Assembly: GCA_965140445.1 (NCBI GenBank)
Contig: OZ223236.1
Location: 4,160,001-4,224,000, forward strand
Direction of reading: 5' to 3'
From: Candidatus Ozemobacteraceae bacterium
Lineage (GTDB): Bacteria; Muiribacteriota; Ozemobacteria; Ozemobacterales; Ozemobacteraceae
Length of the DNA stretch: 64,000 nt
Shown here in pieces: positions 38,912 through 48,187 of this stretch (the first letter of the stretch is position 1; every line of letters starts with the position of its first letter). The position numbers and the translations under genes were made by a program. Under the pieces are notes generated by a model. The model was not told where the DNA came from. It made no database searches and saw only the letters and a program-made list of their open reading frames with translations.

Positions 38912-39403
38912 ATGAATGAAAACTTCTTCTCTTTCAAAGCAAATCTCATAAATGGAGAACCTTTTAACTTTGAGGATTTAAAAGGAAAAGTCACCCTCGT
39001 GGTTAATACAGCGAGCAAATGTGGCTTTACTTCACAGTATGCTGGCCTGGAAGATCTTCACAAGAAATACCATGCCAATGGGCTTGAAATCCTTGGCTTT
39101 CCATGCGATCAGTTTGGGAATCAAGAACCTGGTTCTAATGAAGAAGTTGCTTCCTTCTGTAGATTGAACTATCAAACAGAGTTCAAACTTTTTGAAAAAG
39201 TCAAAGTTAATGGTGATGATGCCCACCCACTGTTTATTTTCCTGCAAAACTCTTTAACAGGATTTATCACAAATTCAATAAAGTGGAATTTTACCAAATT
39301 CCTTATAGACCCGGACGGAAATCCTATAAAAAGATATGCTCCAACCGTGGCGCCAGCAAGCATTGAAGGCGACATAAAAAACTTGTTAGAAAGTAAGGCT
39401 TAA
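38912..39403 (+). CDS. Glutathione peroxidase family (Cys type), cytoplasmic
   Basis: VNTASKCGFT, GFPCDQFGNQEPG and WNFTKFL motifs. Confidence 0.95.
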   Translation: MNENFFSFKANLINGEPFNFEDLKGKVTLVVNTASKCGFTSQYAGLEDLHKKYHANGLEILGFPCDQFGNQEPGSNEEVASFCRLNYQTEFKLFEKVKVNGDDAHPLFIFLQNSLTGFITNSIKWNFTKFLIDPDGNPIKRYAPTVAPASIEGDIKNLLESKA

Positions 39404-39405
39404 TA

Positions 39406-40035
39406 ATGAAAAAAACTTTTCTCCCAATAGCAATTTTATTGATTTCCGGGGTTATTTTTACCTTTGTTTGCAATGGCGCTGAGGTTAATAAATCCAGTCT
39501 GGAAAACGCAAATTCCTCTCTGAAAAATAAAACAACACTAACAGATACCAAAAACATCGCTAAGCTTTATAGCTTTAAAGCAAAATTAATAAATGGCGAA
39601 GATTTCGATTTTTCAAATTTAAAAGGTAAAGTAGTTCTTGTGGTTAATACTGCCAGCGAATGTGGCTTTACCGGCCAATATGCTGGATTAGAAGAGCTTC
39701 ATCAAAAATTCAATAATAAAGGTTTGGAAATTCTTGCATTTCCATGCAATCAATTTGGCCGGCAAGAGCCTGGCACCAATAAGGAAATTGAAAGTTTTTG
39801 CAGTCTAAAATATCAAACCCACTTTAAAGTTTTTGAAAAAATTAAAGTAAATGGGTCAGATGCACATCCTTTGTATAAATATTTAAGAAGCGCTTTACCA
39901 GGCTTTATTACCAACTCGATAAAATGGAATTTTACCAAGTTCCTGTTAGACACAAACGGAAAACCAATAAAACGATACGCTTCAAATGTATCTCCCAAAA
40001 GCCTGACAAAGGATATTTCTGCCCTTTTACCATAA
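39406..40035 (+). CDS. Glutathione peroxidase family with signal peptide
   Basis: VNTASECGFT, FPCNQFGRQEPG and WNFTKFL; hydrophobic N-terminal extension. Confidence 0.95.
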   Translation: MKKTFLPIAILLISGVIFTFVCNGAEVNKSSLENANSSLKNKTTLTDTKNIAKLYSFKAKLINGEDFDFSNLKGKVVLVVNTASECGFTGQYAGLEELHQKFNNKGLEILAFPCNQFGRQEPGTNKEIESFCSLKYQTHFKVFEKIKVNGSDAHPLYKYLRSALPGFITNSIKWNFTKFLLDTNGKPIKRYASNVSPKSLTKDISALLP

Positions 40036-40048
40036 TAGGAGGGAAAAC

Positions 40049-40990
40049 TTGAAAAAAGCAATAATTCTGTCTTTGCTGGCAATCTTTGCTGCAATTTTGT
40101 TTGTAAATGACACCAGGGGGAAGGAAATGGAATTCAGAAAACTTACTCCAGAAGAGGAAAGAGTAATAGTAAATAAAGGAACAGAAAGACCTTTTACAGG
40201 AGAGCTATTGAACAACAAAGAACCGGGGACTTACCATTGTAAGCGCTGTAACGCAGCTCTTTACAAGTCTGAAGACAAATTCAAATCTGGTTGCGGATGG
40301 CCGTCCTTCGATGATGAAATAAAAGGAGCGGTAAAAAGAGTTCCAGATGCTGACGGATCAAGGGTTGAAATCGTTTGCCAGGCTTGTGGTGCTCATTTGG
40401 GTCACGTTTTTACCGGAGAAGGATTTACCCCGAAAAACACCCGACATTGTGTGAATTCAATTTCCATGGTTTTTGAGCCTGAAAAAGTTGAGCCTGACAA
40501 AAAGCTTAAGAAAGCTATCTTTGCCGGAGGATGTTTTTGGGGTGTAGAACACTTATTAAAACAGCAAAAGGGCGTAATAAATACTTCTGTTGGCTACATT
40601 GGCGGCAAAACTGACAATCCTACTTACAAGCAGGTGTGTCACGAGGGAACAGGCCATGCAGAAGCAGTATTGGTAGAGTTCGATGAAAGTGTCGTCAGCT
40701 ATGAAGAATTGGCAAAATTGTTTTTTGAGATTCACGACTTTACCCAGCTTGAAAGGCAGGGGCCTGACATAGGCAACCAGTATCGTACAGAAGTGTTTTA
40801 TACTGATGAAAAACAAAAAGAAACAGTGGAAAAAATAATAAAAACGCTAACCGAAATGGGCTATGAAGTAGCGACTAAAGTAACTCCAGCCAGCCATTTC
40901 TGGCCAGCTGAAGATTATCATCAAGACTATTACAGTAAAACAGGTAAGACTCCATACTGTCATCTGCGCAAGAAAATCTTTAATCAGTAA
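40049..40990 (+). CDS. msrAB: Bifunctional methionine sulfoxide reductase MsrB-MsrA with signal peptide
   Basis: GTERPF, GCGWPSF and RHCVNS (MsrB); GGCFWG and AEDYHQDY (MsrA). Confidence 0.95.
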   Translation: MKKAIILSLLAIFAAILFVNDTRGKEMEFRKLTPEEERVIVNKGTERPFTGELLNNKEPGTYHCKRCNAALYKSEDKFKSGCGWPSFDDEIKGAVKRVPDADGSRVEIVCQACGAHLGHVFTGEGFTPKNTRHCVNSISMVFEPEKVEPDKKLKKAIFAGGCFWGVEHLLKQQKGVINTSVGYIGGKTDNPTYKQVCHEGTGHAEAVLVEFDESVVSYEELAKLFFEIHDFTQLERQGPDIGNQYRTEVFYTDEKQKETVEKIIKTLTEMGYEVATKVTPASHFWPAEDYHQDYYSKTGKTPYCHLRKKIFNQ

Positions 40991-41183
40991 CTTTTCTTTC
41001 CTTTAAGCCCATTTTTTTCAAAATGAAAACTGCTGGGCAAAGACCTGTAAATGCTGACTGTATAAGATTAAGAGCAACAAAAACAGTTAACCATACCCAG
41101 TAGTGGTTGACATACCAGGTTAACCCTAAACTAAGCAATATCATTAAACTAGCTAAGATTCTTATTCCATCGTCTATAGCCAT
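40980..41183 (-). CDS. DUF2892 (YgaP-like) small membrane protein
   Basis: IR...WLTVFVALNLIQSAFTGLCP...LKKMG; ATG 41183 with GGAG RBS. Confidence 0.88.
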   Translation of the reverse strand: MAIDDGIRILASLMILLSLGLTWYVNHYWVWLTVFVALNLIQSAFTGLCPAVFILKKMGLKERKVTD

Positions 41184-41220
41184 AATTATCATCTCCATTT
41201 AGTATTTGTAAATTATAGCC

Positions 41221-41235
41221 GCATTTTCTGTGCCA
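41221..41235 (-). promoter_or_regulatory. Sigma-54 (-24/-12) promoter for the DUF2892 gene
   Basis: Minus strand TGGCAC-AGAAA-ATGC with exact GG-N10-GC spacing; divergent from a sigma-54 activator. Confidence 0.75.
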
Positions 41236-41258
41236 CAGGATTTAATTTTCCATTGGTT

Positions 41259-41310
41259 AAACAAAAGCGATAGGGCCAAAGCTTCGGTTTTAGCTCTATC
41301 GCTTTTGTTT
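41259..41310 (+). terminator. Long hairpin with cUUCGg loop
   Basis: AAACAAAAGCGATAG...CTATCGCTTTTGTTT 15-bp perfect outer arms. Confidence 0.6.
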
Positions 41311-41372
41311 CAGCATCATCCTCCGCAAAAAATCACATCGAAAAAAAAGAGTGACAGAAACAACTTCAGCAA

Positions 41373-41395
41373 GGTAACGTTACACATGCGTTACC
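41373..41395. promoter_or_regulatory. Putative upstream activator sequence
   Basis: GGTAACG-N9-CGTTACC inverted repeat about 140-160 bp upstream of the sigma-54 promoter. Confidence 0.5.
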
Positions 41396-41417
41396 CATTT
41401 TTTTATGAGGTTTGATT

Positions 41418-42842
41418 ATGAAAGATAACAATTTTTTGAAAAAATTTAGCTCTGCATTGCTTTTGGAAACCATGGCTGAAGGAGTATTAATTGTAGATCT
41501 GGAAGGTAAAATAAGAGTTTGGAACAAGGCAATGGCTGAAATAACAGGGTTTTCGCACCATGAAGCTATTGGTAAGGATACAGGCTGGCTTAGAGCTCCA
41601 GATTGTTCAGGAGCAGACAAGGTTATAGGCTTACTTGAAAAAAATGGGAAACCAGGTAACGCATGTGTTAATGGTTGCGAATGTGCAATTATTTCAAGAA
41701 CTGGAGAACGTATACCAGTATTGGTAAATGCAAGAGTTCTTGTTTCGGAAGCAGGCGAAGTTCTTGGAATTATTCAAACTTTGACTGATTTCAGACCTGT
41801 GTTTAATCTCAAACAAGAGATAGAAGCCATGACAAGAAAGATTACCGGAGAAGGAAGCTTTCATGGAATCATTGGCAAAAGTATAAGAATGCAGAAAGTC
41901 TTTAAAATGATTGCTTTGGCTGCTGAAAGTGAATCGACGGTAATGGTCCTTGGCGATAGCGGAACAGGAAAAGAGCTTGTTACAACGGCGATCCACAATC
42001 TAAGTGCAAGAGCCGCAAAACCACTGGTGAAAGTAAACTGTGGAGCAATACCAGAAACTCTCCTTGAGAGTGAATTGTTTGGACACGAAAAAGGCTCTTT
42101 TACCGGGGCAATAAAAAAGCGCACCGGGCGTTTTGAATCAGCAGACGAAGGAACAATTTTCCTTGATGAAGTTGGAGATATCAGCCCTGCTATGCAGGTA
42201 AAGTTACTCAGAGTTCTTCAGGAAGGTGAATTTGAAAGAATAGGTGGAGAAAAAACTTTAAAAGTAGATGTCCGCGTTATATGCGCAACCAACAAGGATC
42301 TACAAAAAGAAGTCAGAGAAGGACGATTTCGAGAAGATCTTTATTACAGGCTACGAGTTTTTCCAATAAACATCCCCACCCTATCTCAGCGTCCAGAAGA
42401 TATCCCCACCTTAATTCAACATTTCATAAACAGATTCAGTGCAAAAACAGGGAAATTAATAACTGGTATAAACCGCGAGGCCCTGGATAAGCTTTGCCGA
42501 TATAGCTGGCCAGGCAATGTCCGCGAGTTGGAAAACGCTATAGAATATGCGTTTGTTGTGTGCCAGGAATCACAAATAAAGCTTGAGCACCTTCCAGAAG
42601 AGGTTGGCAATCTTGAGAGAAGAACAACAATGGTCACAGAGCCTCCAATTCCAGTTTCAGAAAAGTTAATCAATTTTGCTCCTGAAACTGCAAAACAAAT
42701 AGTTCGTTCAAAATCTTTACTAACCGATTTGCTTAATGATTGTGCCTGGAATAAAGCTGAGGCAGCAAGAAGGCTAGGATTGAGCAGAACCGCAGTTTGG
42801 AAATGGTTGAAAAAGCACCGAATCCCACTCAGCAGAGATTAG
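41418..42842 (+). CDS. PAS-domain sigma-54 enhancer-binding protein
   Basis: PAS; GDSGTGKE, ESELFGHEKGSFTGA, FLDEVG and WPGNVREL motifs; Fis-type HTH. Confidence 0.95.
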   Translation: MKDNNFLKKFSSALLLETMAEGVLIVDLEGKIRVWNKAMAEITGFSHHEAIGKDTGWLRAPDCSGADKVIGLLEKNGKPGNACVNGCECAIISRTGERIPVLVNARVLVSEAGEVLGIIQTLTDFRPVFNLKQEIEAMTRKITGEGSFHGIIGKSIRMQKVFKMIALAAESESTVMVLGDSGTGKELVTTAIHNLSARAAKPLVKVNCGAIPETLLESELFGHEKGSFTGAIKKRTGRFESADEGTIFLDEVGDISPAMQVKLLRVLQEGEFERIGGEKTLKVDVRVICATNKDLQKEVREGRFREDLYYRLRVFPINIPTLSQRPEDIPTLIQHFINRFSAKTGKLITGINREALDKLCRYSWPGNVRELENAIEYAFVVCQESQIKLEHLPEEVGNLERRTTMVTEPPIPVSEKLINFAPETAKQIVRSKSLLTDLLNDCAWNKAEAARRLGLSRTAVWKWLKKHRIPLSRD

Positions 42843-42858
42843 GCTGCGATTCACGCAT

Positions 42859-43302
42859 CTATTTTCCCCCAAGAGAAAAGTTAAGCCGCTTTTTATTCTT
42901 GTTGCTATATACAATAACTCTGGAATCACTTATAGAAACGACCTGGAGCTTACCATTTATAATTTGCCCGGGAGTTACTTCATATTCCTTGTTTTGAAAT
43001 TCCACAATGGCGTATCTAGATTTATTATTGCCACAGATTCCCGTAACCCTAATCTTAATAACGGGGGCAGGCTCTACAAATTTGGTTTCAATTTTTGCTG
43101 ACTTGTTTTCCTCAATTATTCTAGATGGAATTGAAACTGTATTTTTTAGTATAAGCGCTTTAAATGGATCTTTATGTGGGTTTTCAGGAGAAAAAGTAAC
43201 GGAATGCGATGTTTCTGATAAAACCAGTGGACCTGTTGCGGAAGCAGTATGTGTACACAGAATTAAAATGGCTCCAATCAAAATTCCTATGTTTCTAGAC
43301 AT
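42859..43302 (-). CDS. Exported protein, PilP/GspC-like beta domain
   Basis: Signal peptide; KDPF...IRVTGICG...YAIVE...PGQII...VVSI. Confidence 0.45.
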   Translation of the reverse strand: MSRNIGILIGAILILCTHTASATGPLVLSETSHSVTFSPENPHKDPFKALILKNTVSIPSRIIEENKSAKIETKFVEPAPVIKIRVTGICGNNKSRYAIVEFQNKEYEVTPGQIINGKLQVVSISDSRVIVYSNKNKKRLNFSLGGK

Positions 43303-43473
43303 ATATTTATCCTCCAATTTGGCCTATATATGGGAAAACGTAAAAAAATTTTGTCGGATTTAGATGTTCCGGACTTTTTCATTCTACGTATACTTAAGTT
43401 AGATAAAGCAAGTTTGTAGAGGCTTTGAAATCTGGGGTAAAAAACATAAGAATATAGTTCTACGGGGAATTGT

Positions 43474-44553
43474 ATGAAAGATCGCATCTTGGTCGTTGAT
43501 GACGACCCGGCTGTATGCAAGTTGATTTCAGGTTGGTTGGAAAACGAGGGATATAAAGTAATAGTGGCCTCCGATGGGCAAGAAGCGCTTAATAAAATGC
43601 ATCTTAAGCCTGATTTGGTTATATCTGATATGGACATGCCAAATGTAACTGGCTTAGAGCTTTTAAAGGAGGTTTCAAAATTACCTTTCCCTCCTGCTTT
43701 CATTATTATAACCGCAATCGACGAACATTGGTCCGGGGTTACAGCACTTGAAGCCGGCGCATTGGCTTATATCATTAAGCCATTTAAAAAGAATGAAATT
43801 TTGATTCAAGCTACAAACGCATTAAGAGTTAGAAAGCTTGAGCAGATGCGTCTAAATTATCAGAGACAACTGGAAACCGATATTCAAAGGAAAACCAGAG
43901 AAATTAGAGATCGCGAAAAGCATTTGACACAAAGACTTGTTCTAGCGACTGAATTAAATGATATATCCGCTTTTCACCACATCAAAAGAATTGGCCTCCT
44001 CGCGGGGCAAGTTGCACGTTATTCCGGCTGGAATTCAGAAGATGCAGAGAAACTAGAACTTGCAGCCAGCATGCATGATATTGGAAAAGTCGGAGTTCCC
44101 AGAGAAATAGTTGAAAAACCTGGAAGATATAATAAAGAAGACTTTAATGCAATGAAACAGCATTGTGAAATTGGTGCAGGAATTCTTAGCGGGACTGATA
44201 TTCCATTAATGAATATGGCGGTAGAAATAGCTTTAAACCATCATGAGAAATGGGATGGAAGCGGATATCCAAATAAAAAAGCTGGAACACAGATACCTTT
44301 GGCCGCAAGAATAACAGCAATAGCAGATGTCTTTGACGCGTTATTGTCTAACAGAGCGTATCGAACAGCCTTTACAATTAACGAAACCATGCAGATAATT
44401 ATTGATGCAAAAGGAACGCATTTTGATCCGGAACTCACAGAAATATTCATTGCTAATTCCTCAGAATTAATCGAGTTAAGGGAGATTTTTCAAAAGCAGG
44501 AAATTGAAAGAAAGCAATTTTCAAATCTTCAGCTCGGAAAAACTCAGAATTAA
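43474..44553 (+). CDS. Response regulator with HD-GYP phosphodiesterase domain
   Basis: VVDDD, SDMDMP and KP receiver; MHDIGK, HHEKWDGSGYP and ADVFDAL. Confidence 0.93.
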   Translation: MKDRILVVDDDPAVCKLISGWLENEGYKVIVASDGQEALNKMHLKPDLVISDMDMPNVTGLELLKEVSKLPFPPAFIIITAIDEHWSGVTALEAGALAYIIKPFKKNEILIQATNALRVRKLEQMRLNYQRQLETDIQRKTREIRDREKHLTQRLVLATELNDISAFHHIKRIGLLAGQVARYSGWNSEDAEKLELAASMHDIGKVGVPREIVEKPGRYNKEDFNAMKQHCEIGAGILSGTDIPLMNMAVEIALNHHEKWDGSGYPNKKAGTQIPLAARITAIADVFDALLSNRAYRTAFTINETMQIIIDAKGTHFDPELTEIFIANSSELIELREIFQKQEIERKQFSNLQLGKTQN

Positions 44554-44557
44554 TCCA

Positions 44558-44609
44558 AAACAAGCCCCCCCTTTACCAGAGAATCCTTAGGTAAAGGGGG
44601 GGCTTGTTT
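44558..44609. terminator. Bidirectional terminator, 20-bp perfect inverted repeat
   Basis: AAACAAGCCCCCCCTTTACC...GGTAAAGGGGGGGCTTGTTT between convergent genes. Confidence 0.8.
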
Positions 44610-44632
44610 GTGGAATAACTTTTTTTCTCTTA

Positions 44633-45739
44633 CTATAAAGTGCTTTGGCTGGCTTTTTTTTCGGACAAAAGTCTGATTTCTTCATCTTTTGCCTTTTCAA
44701 AGGTTTCATGAAGTAGTATTGCTGGTGAAATTGTTTTAGTTTCAAGATCACAAAGATCATTGCTAAGCAATGAATCGTCAAATAAGCGCAGCTTTTCCAT
44801 TGCACCTACAGCTTGATTTGTAGCACAAGCAATTTTTCCTTCTTCTAGTTTAACCAACTGAGCCTCAATTTTCTCAATAAGATTTGTTATCCCAAGGCTT
44901 GAATTGCCATTAAGATCTTCTTTCAATTGAAAAACAAACCGCCGCCCGGCTCCAGTCAAGGTGTCCAACTTTGATGAAATATTTTGTCGAGACATTTTTG
45001 TGAAAAAGATTTCATAAAAACTCTTGTTTGCTTCAGCAATCCAGAGCTCAACTTTTACCCCATGCAATATTATGGCATACTCTGCAAGCTTTTTATTATA
45101 AAGTGAAATGGCGTGTGAAATAGTCCGTAAAGATTGAGAGGTTTTGGATAGGTCAGTAGACTGATTCCTAATTTTATCAAGACAAATATAAGTGTCTTTT
45201 AGCAACTTTTCATATTCGCTTCTTGGCACAAAAATTTTATAGTCCTTACATTTATCCAGTCCCCATTTCAAGTTCATTACCATTTGAAACAATTCTTCAA
45301 TTGATTCTTCAAAGTTTCTGCTATCGACCAATATTTCCGGGTCGGTCATTTTTTTAAAATATTCTGCCCCCAGCTTCTTTTTTTGTCCTGAGTCTTCCAT
45401 TAAGGCTTTTATACTCCCACCGCCAAACTTCATAAAGCCAGCCCTAAAAGCATTAAGTCTTTCTTCAAGTCCGATGGTTTTAAAAATAGCCTTTAACTGG
45501 TTGCGAAGCAGACTAACCTTATTAACTCCTCGCGTAATTTTGCTTTCCAGCATCTTTTCAAGATCAAAAAGATTCTTAGGATTTTTCTTTGACAGGCCGG
45601 AAACATCTTTAAGCCAACAAAAGGTTTTCCCAATCACCCCTTTACGGTGAAGGTTTTCAAGCCCACAAAATTGGCAATACTTTGATTCGACGGGAATAAT
45701 GTACCTGCATGAATTGCACGGCAAATTCTTAAACTCCAT
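44633..45739 (-). CDS. Hypothetical protein, N-terminal Zn ribbon and helical body
   Basis: CNSC...CQFCG; GAGGA RBS. Confidence 0.7.
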   Translation of the reverse strand: MEFKNLPCNSCRYIIPVESKYCQFCGLENLHRKGVIGKTFCWLKDVSGLSKKNPKNLFDLEKMLESKITRGVNKVSLLRNQLKAIFKTIGLEERLNAFRAGFMKFGGGSIKALMEDSGQKKKLGAEYFKKMTDPEILVDSRNFEESIEELFQMVMNLKWGLDKCKDYKIFVPRSEYEKLLKDTYICLDKIRNQSTDLSKTSQSLRTISHAISLYNKKLAEYAIILHGVKVELWIAEANKSFYEIFFTKMSRQNISSKLDTLTGAGRRFVFQLKEDLNGNSSLGITNLIEKIEAQLVKLEEGKIACATNQAVGAMEKLRLFDDSLLSNDLCDLETKTISPAILLHETFEKAKDEEIRLLSEKKASQSTL

Positions 45740-45998
45740 TATTAAACAATCCTCAACTGAATCTATGAATATATCTTCTCAATATTATCTTTTATTGAAA
45801 TGTTAAATCAAGAAATAATTAGCTGAAACGTTTAATTGGAAGCATTTTCACAAAGAAAATAAAATTAACCGGAAATTTCTAAACCCGCATAAACCACAAA
45901 ATGAATGCCATTTTTCATCCCATAGTTTTATTTCATCCAGGCTGAGCATGTTACAATAATTAATAGCGCTGCAATGGCAGATACTCATAAAGGCATTC

Positions 45999-46526
45999 TT
46001 GATGAAAAAAACTGCAAAAAATATAGCTGGAATAACCCTGGTTGAAATTCTAGTAGCTACTACGATACTTTCTTTCACCATTGGGCCAATAGTAGCGATG
46101 TTTTCGTTTGCCTCGCGAAATATGGGGTCAAGCGTGAATCGTGTTCAGGCACAATTTCTTGCCCATGCTGTGCTCGAATCAATAAAAGCTGAAGTTACCA
46201 GATTCCCACGTGCTGCCGACTCTTACCCCTGGTATTTTGAGATTACACCAGTAAAACTGGGTTCCTACTCATTCTTTGATCAATCAAATACCAGATTTTT
46301 CAATAACGTATTCGGCCCCGGGAAACCCATAGTCGAAGGCTCACCACTATTTAACCAATTCAGTCCATATAAAATTATTGTTCAATTCTCTGGCGCACGA
46401 AAAGTCAGATTTATAAGAGTTAAAGTAACCTGGGACAGCGAAGGAAGGCATCATAGTTTAGAACAAACCGGAAGCATAGAAGTCCTACCATATAAATTTG
46501 TAAGAAATGAGCGCAATATCCGATGA
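45999..46526 (+). CDS. Prepilin-type N-terminal cleavage protein (minor pilin/pseudopilin)
   Basis: AG|ITLVEILVA class III signal. Confidence 0.8.
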   Translation: MMKKTAKNIAGITLVEILVATTILSFTIGPIVAMFSFASRNMGSSVNRVQAQFLAHAVLESIKAEVTRFPRAADSYPWYFEITPVKLGSYSFFDQSNTRFFNNVFGPGKPIVEGSPLFNQFSPYKIIVQFSGARKVRFIRVKVTWDSEGRHHSLEQTGSIEVLPYKFVRNERNIR

Positions 46527-46990
46527 TGTCTAAAAAGAATTTTTCCACAGCGCATGGTTTCACACTTGTTGAAATTCTGGTTTGTGTTGTTCTTTTTTCA
46601 GGACTGATTTTAGTTGTTAGTTCAACGTATTCATTTATCCGACGCACTTTCATTCGCGTTGACGGGAAGGGTGCTGCAAGCTCCGAGATTGAACGTTTTT
46701 TGTTCCGCCTCGATGGTGAGTTGAGGTCTGCCCGTGAAGTGATTGAACCTTCTTCTGATTCGAAATCGGACAAGATTGTTTTTTATAACAGTGATGGAAA
46801 CCAGATTGGGTATAAATTTTCTGGTAGCAAAATCATCAGAACAGAATTTTTGAATAGAAAAGACCGCACAATAATGGAGAAAGTAGATACTTTGTCTTTT
46901 TCCAGGTTCTCTCCAGGATTAGTCGAAATAGTTGTATCAAGTCAGAAAGTAGCTGTTATGACGGCAGTGCACGTATGGAACCTGCCATGA
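46523..46990 (+). CDS. Prepilin-type protein (PilW/GspJ-like)
   Basis: HG|FTLVEILV; GELRSA. Confidence 0.82.
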   Translation: MMSKKNFSTAHGFTLVEILVCVVLFSGLILVVSSTYSFIRRTFIRVDGKGAASSEIERFLFRLDGELRSAREVIEPSSDSKSDKIVFYNSDGNQIGYKFSGSKIIRTEFLNRKDRTIMEKVDTLSFSRFSPGLVEIVVSSQKVAVMTAVHVWNLP

Positions 46991-47478
46991 AAAAACAAGG
47001 GATGGCCATTCCGCTGGTTCTAGGATTTATAGTTGTTAGCGCATTATTAGGCTCATCATTGCTTTTTCTTTCCAGGACACGAAATACAAATACTCACAAG
47101 AACATTGGAAGACTTCAATTAATACATGTTGCACAAATGGGCCTGCATGAAGCTCTTGTGTTTATAAAACCATTAAGATTTTCAGAATTTAAAACTCAAA
47201 AAGGCGATGAGTGGAAATTTAAAACCCAAATAAAAAATTTCGGACGAGCCAGCTCCTGGTGCGAAGTTTGTGTAAAGATTGGTGGTTACAATAGACTGGA
47301 AATAGAATCCATTGGCCATTGGAAAGAGAAAAACTCATCTGAACAGAAAAAAAGCTTTTCCTGTGATGCAAGATACTCTGAAAAAGTTACGACCGGGGCA
47401 AGTTCAAGATTTTCCAGTAACACTAAAATTGAAGGTGAATGGAAGCTTGAAAACTTCATTGAAAAGGCCTTAGATTGA
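46987..47478 (+). CDS. PilX/GspK-like pseudopilin
   Basis: KKQG|MAIPLVL lacking Glu5; AQMG; IESIG. Confidence 0.65.
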   Translation: MKKQGMAIPLVLGFIVVSALLGSSLLFLSRTRNTNTHKNIGRLQLIHVAQMGLHEALVFIKPLRFSEFKTQKGDEWKFKTQIKNFGRASSWCEVCVKIGGYNRLEIESIGHWKEKNSSEQKKSFSCDARYSEKVTTGASSRFSSNTKIEGEWKLENFIEKALD

Positions 47479-47527
47479 TTCCTTGCTTCTCAACATTTCT
47501 GTAAAAAGTAATCCGGGAGAAAAAGCT

Positions 47528-48022
47528 ATGCTAAGAACGGCAAAAGTAGAAGATGCAAAAGAAATTGCGCAAATTCATATTGATGCATGGAGAGCCGCCT
47601 ATCAGAATATAGTTCCCCAAAAACATCTGGACTCCCTTTCAGTAGATGATCGAACAAAAAGTTGGCAAAACCAGATAACTGAAGCAGTGTTTAGCGTATT
47701 GGTTTTGGAAGTTGAGAATAAGATTGTTGGTTGGATAGCCTTTGGTCAAAATCGTGACAAGGAAAATGGCCATGAAATTTCCGCTATTTACGTAGCGCCC
47801 CAATTTTGGGGAAAAGGAATAGGAACAATATTGCTAAAAAAAGCTGAAGAAATACTTCTATCAATGGAACTGGGAGATATTATCTTATGGGTTCTTGAGA
47901 AAAATACCTCTTCAATCAAGTTTTACCAGAAAATGGGTTTCGAGAAAGATAATACAAAAAAGCAAAAGGTAATTGGGGGAAAAGACCTGACTATTATAAG
48001 AATGAAAAAATCCCCCATTTAG
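47528..48022 (+). CDS. GNAT family acetyltransferase
   Basis: AIYVAPQFWGKGIG and LWVLEKN...FYQKMGF. Confidence 0.92.
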   Translation: MLRTAKVEDAKEIAQIHIDAWRAAYQNIVPQKHLDSLSVDDRTKSWQNQITEAVFSVLVLEVENKIVGWIAFGQNRDKENGHEISAIYVAPQFWGKGIGTILLKKAEEILLSMELGDIILWVLEKNTSSIKFYQKMGFEKDNTKKQKVIGGKDLTIIRMKKSPI

Positions 48023-48187
48023 AAACTCCTGGAAAACCTCAAAATGATTAAAATCAAAAGACTTGATAAAAGCGCAAATTAGTAACTAAATAAAATATAA
48101 TTAGCTACCTCAGGCGACATGTAAGATATTTCAAAGTTCCAGAAAGCAAATGCTAAAATTTTAGAGACTCAAAACCAGGAGGGCTTT

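Noticed and set aside
38912..40990. Selenocysteine in GPx or Msr
   Set aside because: All catalytic positions are Cys codons; no in-frame TGA
44558..44609. MITE or transposon end
   Set aside because: Single copy, short loop, between convergent genes; a terminator is sufficient
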